The notes below the pieces were generated by a model. The model ran no database searches and was not told where the DNA came from. It saw nothing but the letters and a program-made list of their open reading frames with translations. Shown here piece after piece: positions 29,673 through 38,909 of a stretch of 64,000 nucleotides of DNA. Position 1 is the first letter of the stretch, and each line of letters begins with the position of its first letter. The stretch is from an uncultured Flavobacteriaceae bacterium (GTDB taxonomy: Bacteria; Bacteroidota; Bacteroidia; NS11-12g; UBA955), in NCBI GenBank assembly GCA_964450355.1, contig CAYVDH010000001.1:2767-66766 (forward strand). The letters are read 5' to 3'. The position numbers were made by a program, and so were the translations under genes.

Positions 29673-31214
29673 ATGAATCCCGAAGAATTATTTAAAAATG
29701 TCATATCTCACACTAAGGAGTATGGTTTTATTTTCCAATCCAGTGAAATTTACGATGGCTTAAGTGCTGTTTATGATTATGGTCAATTAGGAGTTGAACT
29801 AAAGAAAAACCTAAGAGAATATTGGTGGAAAAGCATGGTTCAAATGCATCAAAACATTGTTGGAATTGATGCCGCCATATTCATGCACCCTACTACTTGG
29901 AAAGCCAGCGGGCATGTGGATGCTTTTAACGACCCATTGATAGACAACAAAGACAGTAAAAAAAGATACAGAGCCGATGTATTAATAGAAGAGCACATTT
30001 CTAAAATTAGAGCAAAAGCAGACAAAGAAGTAGAAAAAGCTAAAAACAAATTTGGCGAATCTTTTGATGAAAGTTTATACAGGCAAACGAATACACGTGT
30101 ACTAGAATATTCCCAAAAAGCCAACGACATTGAAAACCGATTTAAAAACGCTATACAAGACAACAACTTAGATGGAGTAAGACAGATAATAATAGATTGT
30201 GAAATTGTTTGCCCTATTTCAGGAACAAAAAACTGGACAGAGGTAAGACAATTCAATCTCATGTTTTCAACTCAAATGGGTTCTGTAAGTGAAGATTCTA
30301 ACACCATTTATTTGAGACCAGAAACAGCACAAGGAATATTTGTCAATTATTTAAATGTTCAAAAATCTGGCAGAATGAAAATCCCTTTCGGTATAGCACA
30401 AACAGGGAAAGCATTTAGAAACGAGATTGTAGCGCGCCAATTCATTTTCAGAATGAGGGAATTTGAACAAATGGAAATGCAGTTTTTTGTCAGACCAGGA
30501 ACTGAAAACGAATGGTACGAATATTGGAAAAACTTCCGAATGAAATGGCACTTAAGTCTTGGATTAGGGGAAAATAAATACAAATTTCACGACCATTTAA
30601 AATTGGCTCATTATGCCAAAGCTGCTTGCGATATAGAATTTGATTTTCCGTTTGGTTTCAAAGAATTAGAAGGCATTCACAGCCGTTCCGACTTTGATTT
30701 AAAACAACACGAAGAGTTCAGTGGAAAAAAACTTCAATACTTCGACCCTGAATTAAACGAAAGTTATGTTCCATATGTAGTAGAAACATCCATAGGACTC
30801 GACAGATTATTTTTAGCAACTCTTTCTACTTCATTAAAAGAAGAAACCTTAGAAGATGGTAGTACAAGAACAGTTTTACAATTGCCATTTGCTTTAGCTC
30901 CATACAAAATAGCTATATTACCATTGGTAAAAAAAGATGGATTATCGGAGAAGGCAGAAGAAATATACAATGAATTAAAATACGATTTTAACTGTTATTT
31001 CGAAGAGAAAGATGCTATTGGTAAACGGTATAGAAGGCAAGATGCCATGGGAACCCCTTATTGTGTTACCATCGATTACGACACCATGTCGGACAACACG
31101 GTTACTGTAAGGCATCGCGACACCATGGCGCAAGAAAGAATAAACATCAGCCAACTGAAGACATTGTTTTCAGAAAACTTGAGTTTAAATCAATTATTAA
31201 GAAAATTAAATTAA
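29673..31214 (+). CDS. glyQS: Glycyl-tRNA synthetase (dimeric alpha2 type)
   Basis: MNPEELFKNVISHTKEYGFIFQSSEIYDGL... together with class II motifs; about 513 aa. Confidence 0.95.
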   Translation: MNPEELFKNVISHTKEYGFIFQSSEIYDGLSAVYDYGQLGVELKKNLREYWWKSMVQMHQNIVGIDAAIFMHPTTWKASGHVDAFNDPLIDNKDSKKRYRADVLIEEHISKIRAKADKEVEKAKNKFGESFDESLYRQTNTRVLEYSQKANDIENRFKNAIQDNNLDGVRQIIIDCEIVCPISGTKNWTEVRQFNLMFSTQMGSVSEDSNTIYLRPETAQGIFVNYLNVQKSGRMKIPFGIAQTGKAFRNEIVARQFIFRMREFEQMEMQFFVRPGTENEWYEYWKNFRMKWHLSLGLGENKYKFHDHLKLAHYAKAACDIEFDFPFGFKELEGIHSRSDFDLKQHEEFSGKKLQYFDPELNESYVPYVVETSIGLDRLFLATLSTSLKEETLEDGSTRTVLQLPFALAPYKIAILPLVKKDGLSEKAEEIYNELKYDFNCYFEEKDAIGKRYRRQDAMGTPYCVTIDYDTMSDNTVTVRHRDTMAQERINISQLKTLFSENLSLNQLLRKLN

Positions 31215-31444
31215 TGCATTTCTAATGAACTAGATCTGGATTCTTCATTTAGAATGTTGATAACAGATACAGAAGGATTTTCTTTTATTTCATCCAATTC
31301 GTTTAAAGTTTGTAATGAATGATTATAAAAGTTTCTGAGTTCTTCATTTTCAGAAATTGCTTTTTGAATGGATGGAATCAATTGTTTATCCAATTCACCA
31401 TACAAATACAATAAGATGTCATTTTGAGTAAAATTTTGAGTCAT
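31211..31444 (-). CDS. Small acidic protein downstream of the ECF sigma gene (possible soluble anti-sigma or partner)
   Basis: MTQNFTQNDILLYLYGELDKQLIPSIQKAISENEELRNFY...; 77 aa from the internal ATG at 31444, with no TM segment. Confidence 0.45.
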   Translation of the reverse strand: MTQNFTQNDILLYLYGELDKQLIPSIQKAISENEELRNFYNHSLQTLNELDEIKENPSVSVINILNEESRSSSLEMH

Positions 31445-31500
31445 AAGCTTTATTTTATAATTAAATAACGTAGATTGATGTTTGATATTGTATAAAAACA

Positions 31501-31530
31501 AAAAAAGACAGAAAAATCTGTCTTTTTTTT
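31501..31530 (-). terminator. Bidirectional hairpin terminator or attenuator between the sigma gene and the small downstream gene
   Basis: aaaaaagacag-aaaaat-ctgtctttttttt: a stem with flanking A and T runs. Confidence 0.6.
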
Positions 31531-31553
31531 ATAATTATTTAATTTTCATTGAA

Positions 31554-32138
31554 TTACTTTTGCAGATAAGCTGCCTTTTCTTCAATTAATTTTTTAAGAT
31601 TGATTAATGCATACCTCATTCTGCCCAGAGCAGTATTGATGCTACAATTGGTAATATCAGCAATTTCTTTAAAACTCATATCACCATAATGTCTGAGAAT
31701 TAACACTTCTTTTTGGTCGTTAGGCAGCAATTTAATTAAATCTCTTAGGCCTTTTTTACATTGATTTTGGATGGCATTTTCTAAAGAGTTGTTTTCGGCA
31801 AATCTCATGTTTGTGAAAATATCTTCAGATTCCGTAGATGAAATGGTTGGCATTCTTTTTACTTTACGGAAATAATCCATAGCCAAATTACGAGCAATTC
31901 TGATTACCCAAGGTAAAAACTTACCACTTTCCTCGTATTTACCACCTTTAAGAGTATTTATAACCCTTAGAAATGTTTCTTGGAAAATGTCTTCAGCGAT
32001 GTAGCGATCGTTTACTACCAAATTAATGGCGGTAAATACTTTAGTTTTGTAGCGATTAATGAGCATGTCCATGCATGCGTCATTTCCTGAGATGTAGAGT
32101 TCTATTAACTCTTCGTCATTTTTGTGATACCTGTTCAT
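31554..32138 (-). CDS. ECF-type RNA polymerase sigma-70 family factor
   Basis: Region 2 (DIFQETFLRV) and region 4 HTH (MSFKEIADITNCSINTALGRMRYA); 194 aa. Confidence 0.9.
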   Translation of the reverse strand: MNRYHKNDEELIELYISGNDACMDMLINRYKTKVFTAINLVVNDRYIAEDIFQETFLRVINTLKGGKYEESGKFLPWVIRIARNLAMDYFRKVKRMPTISSTESEDIFTNMRFAENNSLENAIQNQCKKGLRDLIKLLPNDQKEVLILRHYGDMSFKEIADITNCSINTALGRMRYALINLKKLIEEKAAYLQK

Positions 32139-32145
32139 ACTAAAA

Positions 32146-32150
32146 CCTCC
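32146..32150 (-). promoter_or_regulatory. Strong Shine-Dalgarno GGAGG 7 nt upstream of the sigma-factor ATG
   Basis: The minus strand reads aatGGAGGttttagtATG. Other starts in the window lack purine-rich SD sequences. Confidence 0.5.
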
Positions 32151-32310
32151 ATTTTTTTTAATTAAAGGCTGATTACCTTTGGTAAAATTTTTAACTATAG
32201 GCTAATTGTTTTAGTATGTCTTTATTGTATAGGCAGGTGTATTTTTAACGAATTTAATTGCAATTTAAACCAAATAAATTTAATTTCCAAATTTATTTTC
32301 AAAATAAATA

Positions 32311-32340
32311 AAAAAGGCCAGTGAAATTCACTGACCTTTT
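32311..32340 (-). terminator. Hairpin terminator downstream of the ppiD-like gene
   Basis: Stem ggccagtga/tcactgacc (one mismatch) flanked by A and T runs. Confidence 0.6.
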
Positions 32341-32362
32341 AAATGTTTTTAATGATTATCTA

Positions 32363-34462
32363 TTAGTAATATTTGTATCTTTCGTCTTTTACTTTAGCTA
32401 GCTTTTTCAATGAACTAGAAATGGTTTCATACACTCTTGATTTTTGTGAACTGTACAAAGTCATTTTTCTATCTTTCAATGCATCTGTTTTTTCAGGTTT
32501 AGTAAATTGTTCGACATATATCACATGCACTCCATCGTTGCTGGCATATGGGCTTGAAAATGCTTTTTCTTTACATCCCATAATAAATCCTACAACTTTA
32601 GGGTCATTACCTGCTAATGGAACATTTCCAGAAGCAAACACAACACCTTCAAAAGGCTGAGCTATTGATTTCAAAGCTATGGCTAAATCCTCAGGAGATT
32701 TTGCTGTTTTTAATGCTGCATTAAATTGTTCTTTTAATTTTTCAGCTTTTTTCTCTTTGGTAACAAGCTCCGTAACTTTATCTCTAACATCTTCAAGTGT
32801 AGCTGTTCCTTCTTTTCTTATGGCAGTAAGTTTGGCTACTATCAATTGATTTTCTAAACTAAACACTTCAGAAATGTCTCCTTTTTTAGTATCTTCATTG
32901 TACATCCATCTGACAATTTCTTTTGCTTCACTAACACCTTCAAACGTACGAGCACTTTGTTTTATATTTTTTGCTACGCTTTTTGCAATTTTAAATTGAT
33001 TGGTCATTTTTTCAAAATCTACTTTATTGTCTGTAAAACTCATTTTAAATTCTTGAGCTTTGTTATAAGCAGCATCTTCTGTATTTTTTAATGCCGAAAT
33101 GGATTGACGAACTTCAGCAAATTGAACTTGTTTATTTGAACGTGGATCTACCATTTTTAGAATAATTACTCCAAATAATTTTGAACTCAACACCGTAGCA
33201 TCACCATTTTTCATGTTTTTGATGGCTTTGTTTAAATCATCAGTTTGTTCTCCTTCACGGAACCAACCCATGTCATAAGCAGTCCTCAATTTACCTGTTT
33301 CAGATTGTTTGTTTAAATAATCCAATGCATTCGTAGAAGCTTTTAATTCTCCTAATAAAGCTCTTGCCCCTGCAACAGCAGCAGCAGTATCTGCTTTAGT
33401 TGTTCCATTTACAGGCACTTCAGCTCTCACTAAGTGAACAAAACCTATGCTATCAGTTTTAACTTTTTTAACTTTAATTAAACTGTATCCTCCATTGTAA
33501 TAGATAGGTCCCATGACACTGTCAGTTGGGGAATTAAAAATCACATTTTCTACTTCTTTTGGATTTGAACCTCTTCTTACAAATTGATTGTTGTATGGTG
33601 TGTTGCTGCCTTTAACAGTCACAAAAAGTGAATCGTCTGTTGAAGAAGCAAATTCCGAAACCATGTTTTGCATGGATTCTTTAATATCAAGTGTATCTTC
33701 TTTAGATGGCAATATTGGCCACATGGCAAATTCAATATCTCTGCTTGCATCTTGTTTGAACTCCTCTTTGTGTTTGTTTAAATAAGATTTTAAATCAGAG
33801 TCAGTAACTTTTATGTCTTTGTCCTTGATGCTTACATAAGACAAAGTAACAGCCTTACCTTTGGCAGCTAATGTATTGCTATAAAATTCATCTTCAACAT
33901 CTAATTTTGTTGCGTAATACGATTTTGAAACCAACGCATTGTATTTTTTACTTTTTGTTTCTAATACTACTTGTTCAATTAATCTGTCAAATTGTTTCAT
34001 CAATTCCGGTCTTTTTTTAGCCACTTTTTCTTTGAAATCTATGACGTTTTTAGGATTAAACTCCGAACCTTGTTGTGAGAAATTTTGAACAATTACTGGG
34101 TGTGCGTCTTTGGAATACAATAATTTTTTAACTTCAGCATCAGATAAATCAATCCCTAATTTTTCATACTCCAAGTTCACAACTTTATTTTGAAAAAGCG
34201 AATTCCATACCATGGTAGAGATTTGTTCTTTTGCTGCTTCGTCTATTGGTTGACCAGACTCTTCATACATTTTAATGGTTTGATTTAATTTGTTGTCAAA
34301 TTCAACATAATTTATGTTTTTACCATAAATGCTCCCTACATTTCCATCGTTGGATCTTGACCTGTTACTAGTTAAATAATCACTAATTACAAACAAAAAC
34401 AATGAACCTAAAACGATAAAAAGTACCAATCCAGATCTGCGTAACTTATTTAATATTGCCAT
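32363..34462 (-). CDS. PpiD/SurA-like periplasmic chaperone / peptidyl-prolyl isomerase
   Basis: 699 aa with an N-terminal membrane anchor (MAILNKLRRSGLVLFIVLGSLFLFV) and a long SurA-N-like region plus parvulin-like region. Confidence 0.75.
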   Translation of the reverse strand: MAILNKLRRSGLVLFIVLGSLFLFVISDYLTSNRSRSNDGNVGSIYGKNINYVEFDNKLNQTIKMYEESGQPIDEAAKEQISTMVWNSLFQNKVVNLEYEKLGIDLSDAEVKKLLYSKDAHPVIVQNFSQQGSEFNPKNVIDFKEKVAKKRPELMKQFDRLIEQVVLETKSKKYNALVSKSYYATKLDVEDEFYSNTLAAKGKAVTLSYVSIKDKDIKVTDSDLKSYLNKHKEEFKQDASRDIEFAMWPILPSKEDTLDIKESMQNMVSEFASSTDDSLFVTVKGSNTPYNNQFVRRGSNPKEVENVIFNSPTDSVMGPIYYNGGYSLIKVKKVKTDSIGFVHLVRAEVPVNGTTKADTAAAVAGARALLGELKASTNALDYLNKQSETGKLRTAYDMGWFREGEQTDDLNKAIKNMKNGDATVLSSKLFGVIILKMVDPRSNKQVQFAEVRQSISALKNTEDAAYNKAQEFKMSFTDNKVDFEKMTNQFKIAKSVAKNIKQSARTFEGVSEAKEIVRWMYNEDTKKGDISEVFSLENQLIVAKLTAIRKEGTATLEDVRDKVTELVTKEKKAEKLKEQFNAALKTAKSPEDLAIALKSIAQPFEGVVFASGNVPLAGNDPKVVGFIMGCKEKAFSSPYASNDGVHVIYVEQFTKPEKTDALKDRKMTLYSSQKSRVYETISSSLKKLAKVKDERYKYY

Positions 34463-34572
34463 ATTTTTTTAAAAAGAAGTGCAAAATAATAGTTTTAATG
34501 CCTAATTCACAAACTTATCTGTAATTTTATTGTCTTTTTTACGTTTAAGCATATAAAATCGAAATAATAGAA

Positions 34573-35163
34573 ATGAAAAAATTAGCTATTTTGTTATTAA
34601 TCAATCTTTTTCTACACCCAACCTATGGAATCAAGAAAGATTCTGTTTTAGTGTTGTTTGTATATGGTTCAAAGCCATTAACGTCTGGTGAGGAAAAATG
34701 GTTTGGAGGAATTCACGGAGGACATGTCAGTATTCAATATAAAAACAAATTTATTAGTTTTATTCCCAATGATGGGTTTCATTACATCAGCAAAAAAAAC
34801 AAAAAATCAGCATTTGTCATTGAAGAAGAAAACTATTTTGTATTTGACACCACCAATAGCCGGTATTTAATCATTAGCATTCCTGTGGATAGCATTCAAA
34901 AAGCCAAACTTGATTCCGTATGTGAACAGCGTTTAAAAGACCCTGTTTATGATTATGCCTTCATTGGAATGAGATGTGCCTCAGCGGCATACGAACTTTT
35001 ATCTGCTGCAGGCATCTATAAAACAAAGCGTTTAGGCACTTTAAAAAGAAAATATTTTTACCCAAAATTACTTCGTAAAAAAATGATTAAAGAAGCAAAA
35101 TTAAACCATTGGCACATGGTATATCGAAAAGGCAAAACAAGTAGAAAGTGGGAAAAAGATTAA
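34573..35163 (+). CDS. Hypothetical secreted protein, possibly a permuted papain-like (NlpC/P60 superfamily) fold
   Basis: Signal peptide. A His-containing segment (GGIHGGHVSIQY) is followed by YDYAFIGMRCASAAYELL, giving a His-then-Cys order. This is a weak call. Confidence 0.35.
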   Translation: MKKLAILLLINLFLHPTYGIKKDSVLVLFVYGSKPLTSGEEKWFGGIHGGHVSIQYKNKFISFIPNDGFHYISKKNKKSAFVIEEENYFVFDTTNSRYLIISIPVDSIQKAKLDSVCEQRLKDPVYDYAFIGMRCASAAYELLSAAGIYKTKRLGTLKRKYFYPKLLRKKMIKEAKLNHWHMVYRKGKTSRKWEKD

Positions 35164-37025
35164 TCCAATTCGCTTAATTCAAGCCATCTCATGGTTTTAA
35201 TCTCTATGTCTTTATTGATTTGTTCTAATTTTGCAGCCCATTCTGCAATGGTTACATGGCTTTCGGAACCTGTTTCTAGTTTCTTTTCAAAATCCAATTT
35301 TAAATTCTCCAACTCATTTAATTCTTTTTCTATTTGATTGAATTCTTGCAGTTCTTTGAAGCTCTTTTTTATTTTCTTAGTGCCATTTTCTTTATTTTCT
35401 ATGGGTTTTATTTCTTTTTCAGGTTCTTGTTTTACCTTTTCTGATGCTGCTTGTTCCATTCTTAAATCAGAATAGTTTCCATAAAAGTCTTTTATCACCC
35501 CATTTTCTTCAAACACAAAAAGGTGCTCTACTAAATTGTCCATAAAATATCTATCGTGAGAAACAAGCACAAGACAACCTTTGTAATCGTTTAAAAAATC
35601 TTCAAGTACATTTAAAGTATCTATATCTAAATCGTTGGTTGGTTCATCTAAAATTAAAAAATTAGGATTTGAAACCAATACTTTTAGCAATTGTAATCTT
35701 TTTTTTTCACCACCACTTAATTTGCTGATGGGAGTGTGTTGCATGGAAGGAGGAAACAAGAACATTTCTAACAATTTAGCTACACTTACTTCATCGCCAT
35801 TACCCAGCACTACATATTCTGCTATGGCTTTAACTTCATCAATGATTCTGTTGGAATAATTAAGCAACTCATTTTGCTGAGTAAAATATCCTAAATTCAA
35901 GGTTGGCCCATGCACTATAGAGCCTTTATTAGGATTTATTTTTTGAGTCAATAAATTCAAGAAAGTGGATTTGCCTATTCCATTTTTCCCTATGATGCCA
36001 ATTCTATCTTTTTTATTAAATAAATACGTAAAATCATTCACTATTGGTAAATCTTTGTATGAAAATGAGACATTGTTCATTTCTATCACTTTATTTCCCA
36101 ACCTGGTTGCTTCAACATTGATTTCTACTTTCGATTCTGTATTTGCTTGGCTAACTTTGTCTTTTAAATCATAAAATGCTTCAATTCTGCTTTTCGATTT
36201 TGTACCTCTAGCTTTAGGCATTTTTCTCATCCACTCAAGTTCTTTCAACATGAGCAATCGGGCTTTGGACATTTCAATTTTTTCATTGGCTTTTCTTGCC
36301 GATTTATTTTCTAGAAACTTAGCATAATTGCCGTTGTGATGGTATAATTTGCCCCCATCCAATTCAATGATTTGTGTGGCTACATTGTCTAAAAAATACC
36401 TATCGTGGGTAATCATCAACAACGTTATAGAATGTGACTTTAACAACACTTCAAGCCATTCAATTGCTTCCAAATCTAAATGGTTGGTGGGCTCATCTAA
36501 CAACAGCAAATCGGGCTTAAACAATATCATTTTAGCTAATGCTACGCGTTTTCTTTGTCCACCACTCAATGATTGATTTAATAATTTGATGTTGTGAATG
36601 CCCAGCTTAGATAATACCTGTGCTACTAATTTATCAAAATCCCAAGCTTCATATTCTTCCATTTTTTCCAGTAGATATTGCATTTTATCTGCAGGAAAAT
36701 CATCATTTAAAATGGCCATATCGTATTGTTTAATGATGGACAATACGGGATTATCATCTCCATAAATGGTTTGTTCAATGGTTTTTTGCAAATCCAGTTC
36801 GGGGTCTTGTGCCAAATAAGCAACAGTTGCTTGGTTAGAAAAGGCAACATTTCCATTGTCTTGTTTTTCGATTCCAGCTATGATTTTAAGTAAAGTTGTT
36901 TTCCCTGCTCCATTGGCACCTACCAATGCCATTTTATCACCTTTGCTAAGTCCAAAGTGTATGTCGTTAAACAACCATTTATCAGAATAAGATTTTGAGA
37001 GATTATCTACAGAAAGTAAGTTCAT
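35160..37025 (-). CDS. ABC-F family ATPase (translation-associated, Uup/EttA-like)
   Basis: Two ABC cassettes (GANGAGKTT and GKNGIGKST), no TM domain, and a C-terminal coiled coil. Confidence 0.9.
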   Translation of the reverse strand: MNLLSVDNLSKSYSDKWLFNDIHFGLSKGDKMALVGANGAGKTTLLKIIAGIEKQDNGNVAFSNQATVAYLAQDPELDLQKTIEQTIYGDDNPVLSIIKQYDMAILNDDFPADKMQYLLEKMEEYEAWDFDKLVAQVLSKLGIHNIKLLNQSLSGGQRKRVALAKMILFKPDLLLLDEPTNHLDLEAIEWLEVLLKSHSITLLMITHDRYFLDNVATQIIELDGGKLYHHNGNYAKFLENKSARKANEKIEMSKARLLMLKELEWMRKMPKARGTKSKSRIEAFYDLKDKVSQANTESKVEINVEATRLGNKVIEMNNVSFSYKDLPIVNDFTYLFNKKDRIGIIGKNGIGKSTFLNLLTQKINPNKGSIVHGPTLNLGYFTQQNELLNYSNRIIDEVKAIAEYVVLGNGDEVSVAKLLEMFLFPPSMQHTPISKLSGGEKKRLQLLKVLVSNPNFLILDEPTNDLDIDTLNVLEDFLNDYKGCLVLVSHDRYFMDNLVEHLFVFEENGVIKDFYGNYSDLRMEQAASEKVKQEPEKEIKPIENKENGTKKIKKSFKELQEFNQIEKELNELENLKLDFEKKLETGSESHVTIAEWAAKLEQINKDIEIKTMRWLELSELD

Positions 37026-37037
37026 TGTTAAAGCTTA

Positions 37038-37045
37038 CAAAAATA
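37038..37045 (-). promoter_or_regulatory. Candidate -7 element TATTTTTG for the ABC-F gene
   Basis: 12 nt upstream of the ATG at 37025. Confidence 0.45.
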
Positions 37046-37080
37046 GAACTTTAACAGTACATATCTGTTAAATTAAAGGA

Positions 37081-37470
37081 TTAATAATACTCCTTTTTGA
37101 ACTTGCGGTGTGGCGAAATGAGGTACAACAACAATATTCGTGAATACCTAAACAAAACAGGAGTTAACAACAACACCAATGAAATGATGCCTATGACAAT
37201 TTTTGTAAAACTCCAATCAGCATTGATAGCAATGATTCCGAACACTATCATCAATGCTGTACTAAAACCATAACTGATGTACATTGCCCCCCAATAAAAC
37301 CCTGTTTCATGTTCAAATTGCAATTGACAATGTGGGCAATTGGTGTTGGTTTTCATGAATTCAAACACATTAAACAACGATTTTTGGAACACATTTCCTT
37401 TTCTGCATCTTGGGCATTTACAAGCCAATATGCTGACGAATGCCGAAGGAGGATTAGCTATTTCACTCAT
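37081..37470 (-). CDS. DUF983-like zinc-ribbon membrane protein
   Basis: CPRCRKG...CPHCQ double CxxC followed by two TM helices; 129 aa. It is the last gene of the oxidase-biogenesis array. Confidence 0.7.
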   Translation of the reverse strand: MSEIANPPSAFVSILACKCPRCRKGNVFQKSLFNVFEFMKTNTNCPHCQLQFEHETGFYWGAMYISYGFSTALMIVFGIIAINADWSFTKIVIGIISLVLLLTPVLFRYSRILLLYLISPHRKFKKEYY

Positions 37471-37702
37471 GACTTGTAGCTAAATTTTGTTTGTAATTTT
37501 TATACCATAAATAACCAACAACAGCTGCAATGACATATACTGTACCCAGCAACATCAATATTCCTATGTTTAAACCATTTCCAACACTTTTGGTTTGCAA
37601 AGTCCTGCTGCTTTCAACACTAGCTTTACACATTGGGCATTGAGCTATGGCATTGGTGACTGTTAAAAACAAAATAAAAACACTTAAGCTAATTTTTTTC
37701 AT
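37463..37702 (-). CDS. Small exported CxxC protein with C-terminal membrane anchor
   Basis: 79 aa with signal peptide ...TNAIAQ, then CPMCK at the predicted mature N-terminus and one C-terminal TM. It overlaps the DUF983 start by 8 nt. Confidence 0.45.
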   Translation of the reverse strand: MKKISLSVFILFLTVTNAIAQCPMCKASVESSRTLQTKSVGNGLNIGILMLLGTVYVIAAVVGYLWYKNYKQNLATSHE

Positions 37703-37708
37703 TTTTTA

Positions 37709-38242
37709 TTAATTTGGGTAATAAGGTGAAATCATTAAATACACAATAACACCGGTGATAGAAACATAAAACCAGATAGGCCATACGTATTTAGTCATTT
37801 TTTTATGCTTGCTGTACTCTCCAGTTAAACCTCTGTAAACAGTATATAAAATAAATGGGAGAATGACTCCAGCCAGCACAATGTGTGAAATAAGCAATAT
37901 GAAATACAATGTTTTATACTCACCAAGGTAACTGGTTTCTGCTGTAGTAAAATGGTATAACACATAAGTTATTAAAAACAAAATGGAAAACAAAACAGCA
38001 AGCAACATGATGTTTTGATGAATTTGAAATCTTTTTTGTTTCACTGCAATTAATCCTAATAACAACAAAACACTAACAATGGAGTTTAAAATGGCGCTGA
38101 TCAAAGGAAACACATGAGTATCAAACCCAAAATCTACATCCAATTTGTACCTTCTCATCATGGTTACTAGTCCAAACACAACAATAGATAACGCAATGAT
38201 GACAATGTTTGCTAGCTTATCGTTTTTTTGTATTATTTTCAT
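37709..38242 (-). CDS. DUF420-like membrane protein (oxidase-associated)
   Basis: 177 aa with 4-5 TM helices. It overlaps the SCO gene by 4 nt. Confidence 0.7.
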   Translation of the reverse strand: MKIIQKNDKLANIVIIALSIVVFGLVTMMRRYKLDVDFGFDTHVFPLISAILNSIVSVLLLLGLIAVKQKRFQIHQNIMLLAVLFSILFLITYVLYHFTTAETSYLGEYKTLYFILLISHIVLAGVILPFILYTVYRGLTGEYSKHKKMTKYVWPIWFYVSITGVIVYLMISPYYPN

Positions 38243-38904
38243 TTTTTATATTCCAATTTAAGTGCTCTAACAGCGTCTATAATTTCTTTTTTGTCTGCTT
38301 GACCCCCAGTTTCAAATACCCCTCTTACTCTTCTTAAACGATCCACCAATACAATTTGTTCACTGTGAAACAATCCTTGATGACCAGCATCAGCTCCTGG
38401 TATTTTAAAGCTGAATTCTGCTAAATTGTATATTGTTTTTTTATTGCCAGTTAGGAATTGCCATTGTGGGAATTTTACGTTAAAAGATTTAGCATATTGT
38501 CTGAGCACTGCTGGTGAATCGTTAGCAGGGTCAACAGTAAAGCTTAAAAACCTGATGGCAGTATCTTTTTCAAATTCGGTATAAATATGTTGTGCAATAA
38601 AGCCATTCATTTTAGGACAAGTTGTTTGGCAGGTGCTGAAAAAGAAATTAGCTAAATAAATGTGATTCCCTATTGAATTTAAAGTGGTAGAATCCCCATT
38701 TTGATTTACTAATTTAAAATTGCTAATGGTGTGGAATATGGTATCTCCTTTGGGAGTAATTTCTATATCAAATAAAATAGGGAGTTTTTTGCTGTAATGT
38801 TTCCCTGTTTTATTGATCATTACCCAAATGATAGGTACAACTAGCAATAAAAACAAAAAACCCAATACTTTCCAGGTTGGGTTTTTTTTAAATTCGGTAT
38901 TCAT
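38239..38904 (-). CDS. SCO1/SenC family copper chaperone
   Basis: Thioredoxin-fold CxxxC motif FFFSTCQTTCPKM and a downstream His (...LFHSEQIVLVD). Confidence 0.85.
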   Translation of the reverse strand: MNTEFKKNPTWKVLGFLFLLLVVPIIWVMINKTGKHYSKKLPILFDIEITPKGDTIFHTISNFKLVNQNGDSTTLNSIGNHIYLANFFFSTCQTTCPKMNGFIAQHIYTEFEKDTAIRFLSFTVDPANDSPAVLRQYAKSFNVKFPQWQFLTGNKKTIYNLAEFSFKIPGADAGHQGLFHSEQIVLVDRLRRVRGVFETGGQADKKEIIDAVRALKLEYKK

Positions 38905-38909
38905 TGATT

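Noticed and set aside
29849-30262. Long antisense ORFs inside well-supported genes. Examples are 137 aa opposite glyQS, 114 aa opposite ssb at 53003..53347, 125 aa at 21950..22327, 103 aa at 15600..15911, and the ORFs overlapping 2526..3132.
   Set aside because: All lie within or opposite genes with strong homology signatures. Their composition is low-complexity or Leu/Ser/Phe-rich, as is typical of antisense frames in AT-rich or repetitive DNA. None has a recognisable motif or its own promoter motif.
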